Source: Candidatus Bathyarchaeota archaeon RBG_16_48_13
GTDB lineage: Archaea > Thermoproteota > Bathyarchaeia > RBG-16-48-13
DNA: 37,654 bases
Reading direction: 5' to 3'
Assembly (NCBI GenBank): GCA_001775995.1
Contig: MEZH01000013.1
Coordinates: 1-37,654, forward strand
Shown: in pieces, positions 35,564 through 37,654 of the stretch
How the letters are laid out: every line of letters begins with the position of its first letter
How positions within the stretch are numbered: the stretch's first letter is position 1
Made by a program: the position numbers and the translations under genes
Notes under the pieces: model-generated
Seen by the model: the letters and a program-made list of their open reading frames with translations, nothing else
The model's database searches: none
Told to the model about the DNA's origin: nothing

Positions 35564-35917
35564 TCATCTTTTCTTTTGTTTTGGGGGCAGCGAAGACACA
35601 TACTCTATCGATCGACCCAACCATTCAGCGAATGCTTTGTCATTCATGTGGACCGTTTTTGGGATGACGACGTATCCGCTCATCGCTCTTCCAGGCATTG
35701 GTTCGAATGGAGTCACTTGCGAGTGAGTTTTCATGATTTTCTGGATATCCGATGTGGATAACCTGAGGAATATGTCTTCGGCGTGAACCCCGGTAAACAT
35801 GTTGCCGTTGATGAAGTATGCGGGGTATCCGAACATTTCGCGGAATTGGCAGTCGACCTTCTTCATCCTCTGAGCGAGTAACTCGACCAATTCGGCGAGA
35901 GCTTTCTTCCATTCCAC
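35564..35917 (-). CDS. TfoX/Sxy N-terminal domain protein
   Basis: REMFGYPAYFINGNMFTGV and FEPMPGRAMSGYVVIP motifs. Confidence 0.85.
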   Translation of the reverse strand: MEWKKALAELVELLAQRMKKVDCQFREMFGYPAYFINGNMFTGVHAEDIFLRLSTSDIQKIMKTHSQVTPFEPMPGRAMSGYVVIPKTVHMNDKAFAEWLGRSIEYVSSLPPKQKKR

Positions 35918-36043
35918 GACGACAAACTCTCTTTATTCCATGTGCATGGGTTCGTTAATTAGGCTTTTATCCGCGCAACCAAAGCGCGCGAGGTCGCTGA
36001 TGAAGTGGAAGCCGGAAAAAAGGCTGCGTTGATACGGCGAATC

Positions 36044-36733
36044 CTAAGCCTCGGGATTGAGGGGTACCAAATCGCAGTAGTAGAACTTATTCTCTCTTAG
36101 GACGATTTCTCCTACGTCGTATCGTATCCTTTTCTTGAATATCGGGCCGTCATACGCGAATGAGTGAAATTCTCCGTTTTCGCCACATGGATCAACAGTG
36201 GGCGGAAGGTCGTCTAGGAACTGTCTGTCGAACTCTCTACCCACGAATCCCTTGTCTAGTACCTTTGAGTCAACAGAGACTACGATTGCCCTGAATCCCT
36301 GGTCCATGAATCTCTTGGCCAACTCTTTGGTGTTCTTCTTCCAGTTCGGGAATATTCCTCGCATTCCCATCTTCGAGAGGATGTCCTCGCGATACTTCCT
36401 CACGTTCTCCAGGAAGATGTCCCCGAAAACCATTGATGAGGCTCCAGCCGCATTATACTTCGAAAGGACCGCTCTCATCTTGGACTCGTATTCCTCATCG
36501 GAGATATCTTTTGAGATGAGCACCACGTCAAGTGGAACTCCCAGGGATTCTGCCTGCACTTCCAGCAGGCTCCGTCGCACACCGTGCGTGCTGACCCGGT
36601 CGTACTCTTCTGTCACGTTCGTCATCAAACCGATAACGTCGTACTTGCTTGTTCTTATGATTTCGTTGAAGGCCAGAGCGCAGTCTTTGCCTCCGCTCCA
36701 CGAAAACCCAACTTTTTCCAACATCATCGTCAC
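36044..36733 (-). CDS. Diphthine-ammonia ligase (Dph6/MJ0570)-related PP-loop ATPase
   Basis: SWSGGKDC, FGDIFLE and DPCGENGEFHSF motifs. Confidence 0.88.
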   Translation of the reverse strand: MTMMLEKVGFSWSGGKDCALAFNEIIRTSKYDVIGLMTNVTEEYDRVSTHGVRRSLLEVQAESLGVPLDVVLISKDISDEEYESKMRAVLSKYNAAGASSMVFGDIFLENVRKYREDILSKMGMRGIFPNWKKNTKELAKRFMDQGFRAIVVSVDSKVLDKGFVGREFDRQFLDDLPPTVDPCGENGEFHSFAYDGPIFKKRIRYDVGEIVLRENKFYYCDLVPLNPEA

Positions 36734-36981
36734 CAGCCTCTACTATCGTGATAATTCTTCTGACAATAAAGGATTGGCGCGCGCTTTGCCCCCGATCATT
36801 GAGATCATGAACGTCCGAAGTCGATTATGGGCGTTAAGGCAAGATTCATCCACGGTTTACCCATTTCTCCAAAGATCTTTAGCAACATGTCCAAAAAAAT
36901 TGTGCAAATCAGATATATACTCTTCACCGCCCAGTGGCATCTTCACGCTCAAAGTCTTCCTCTTCATGGAAGGTGTCCGCG

Positions 36982-37353
36982 ATGACTCAGGATATAAGAA
37001 AAGAAGACGCAAAGAAAATCGTGAAATCCCTAAATGAAAGAGCTGAAAACCTCGAGCAGTTCGGAAGAGCCCAAGCAGATCTCTCAAAGATCAACACCTC
37101 CATCGGGAAACTGGGAGTAACACCCGAATCCTCGAGTCAGAAATCAAAGCTTGTGAGCCTGGGAACTGCGCTCATTATATTCCCTGAACCCTTCGGAGTC
37201 TCTGACGTGACAGGGGCGGCCATGATAGCCGCGGGACTCCTCGCAATGAAGCTCAAGAAAAAGCCCCTAACCATTCATGAAGTAAAGAGAGATTTCACCG
37301 AGTCCATAAAGGAGCTACAAAAGCTCAGACAAACCGTTCTTCAACAAAGCTAA
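36982..37353 (+). CDS. Hypothetical protein with hydrophobic helical hairpin and coiled-coil flanks
   Basis: SKLVSLGTALIIFPEPFGVSDVTGAAMIAAGLL hydrophobic core; ATG 36982. Confidence 0.65.
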   Translation: MTQDIRKEDAKKIVKSLNERAENLEQFGRAQADLSKINTSIGKLGVTPESSSQKSKLVSLGTALIIFPEPFGVSDVTGAAMIAAGLLAMKLKKKPLTIHEVKRDFTESIKELQKLRQTVLQQS

Positions 37354-37553
37354 TCATCATAGCCTCGACAACATTTAGAACTGAAGCTCTCATTCCATTC
37401 TTCTCTAATGCAAGTCCACACGAATTTCTGGATTCAAGAGCAAGCGCTTCCGAGCATTTTGAGTCTGAACACATAGCTAAAGAGATATTGGAACCAATAA
37501 CATAGGCTTAACTATGAGCATGCCGAGCCATCAATAAAAGCAACGGTGATGGA

Positions 37554-37654
37554 ATGGAGTTTCATGAACACTTCAAAAATGCCGTAACTGAAATCAATAA
37601 TAGGCGTCTCTCAGATCCCAAAGCTCAAGAAGCTCTTAGCCGCTATCATGGCAG
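37554..37654 (+). CDS. Possible 5' part of a gene running off the window
   Basis: GGTGA RBS, then MEFHEHFKNAVTEINNRRLSDPKAQEALSRYHG, open to the window end. Confidence 0.3.
   Translation, partial: MEFHEHFKNAVTEINNRRLSDPKAQEALSRYHG

Noticed and set aside
36857-36967. 36-aa minus-strand ORF MKRKTLSVKMPLGGEEYISDLHNFFGHVAKDLWRNG
   Set aside because: Sits in a divergent promoter region with no RBS or motif support; cannot be distinguished from chance.
36198-37037. 279-aa plus-strand ORF
   Set aside because: Mostly antisense to the Dph6-like gene; Ser/Thr-rich shadow composition.
1-37654. CRISPR array, rRNA, transposase or integrase
   Set aside because: No regularly spaced direct repeats, rRNA signatures or recombinase/transposase motifs were seen.

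Overview
Archaeal chromosomal window, probably from a TACK lineage such as Bathyarchaeia. This is inferred from a MEDS-PAS histidine kinase, frequent TTG/GTG starts, TATA-like promoters and crenarchaeal-style Nuo/Fix motifs. The core (15.2-33.3 kb) is a respiratory supercluster. On the minus strand, a V4R-like protein and a Cys-tailed Lrp/AsnC regulator precede an 11-subunit complex I-like operon (nuoABCDHIJKMLN). That operon has no NuoEFG or FpoF input module and no NiFe motifs. It is followed by a DUF981-like membrane protein and fixCXAB (EtfABCX). A long-chain polyprenyl diphosphate synthase and menA are transcribed divergently. The most striking feature is in NuoL: its lateral amphipathic helix carries three tandem 28-aa (84-nt) repeats, about two more than canonical. 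That length would fit two extra antiporter subunits, yet only one nuoM is encoded here. The flanks hold accessory genes: Rieske ferredoxin, sensor kinase, membrane and secreted proteins, 5'-nucleotidase, radical SAM, PadR-methyltransferase-fold fusion, GAF plus PK_C-like pair, anchored PQQ-type sugar dehydrogenase, TfoX and a Dph6-like ATPase. There is also a small membrane ORF broken by an in-frame TAA and a hairpin-dense intergenic segment. I saw no rRNA, tRNA, CRISPR array or transposase. All calls rest on motif recognition by eye; no database search was run.
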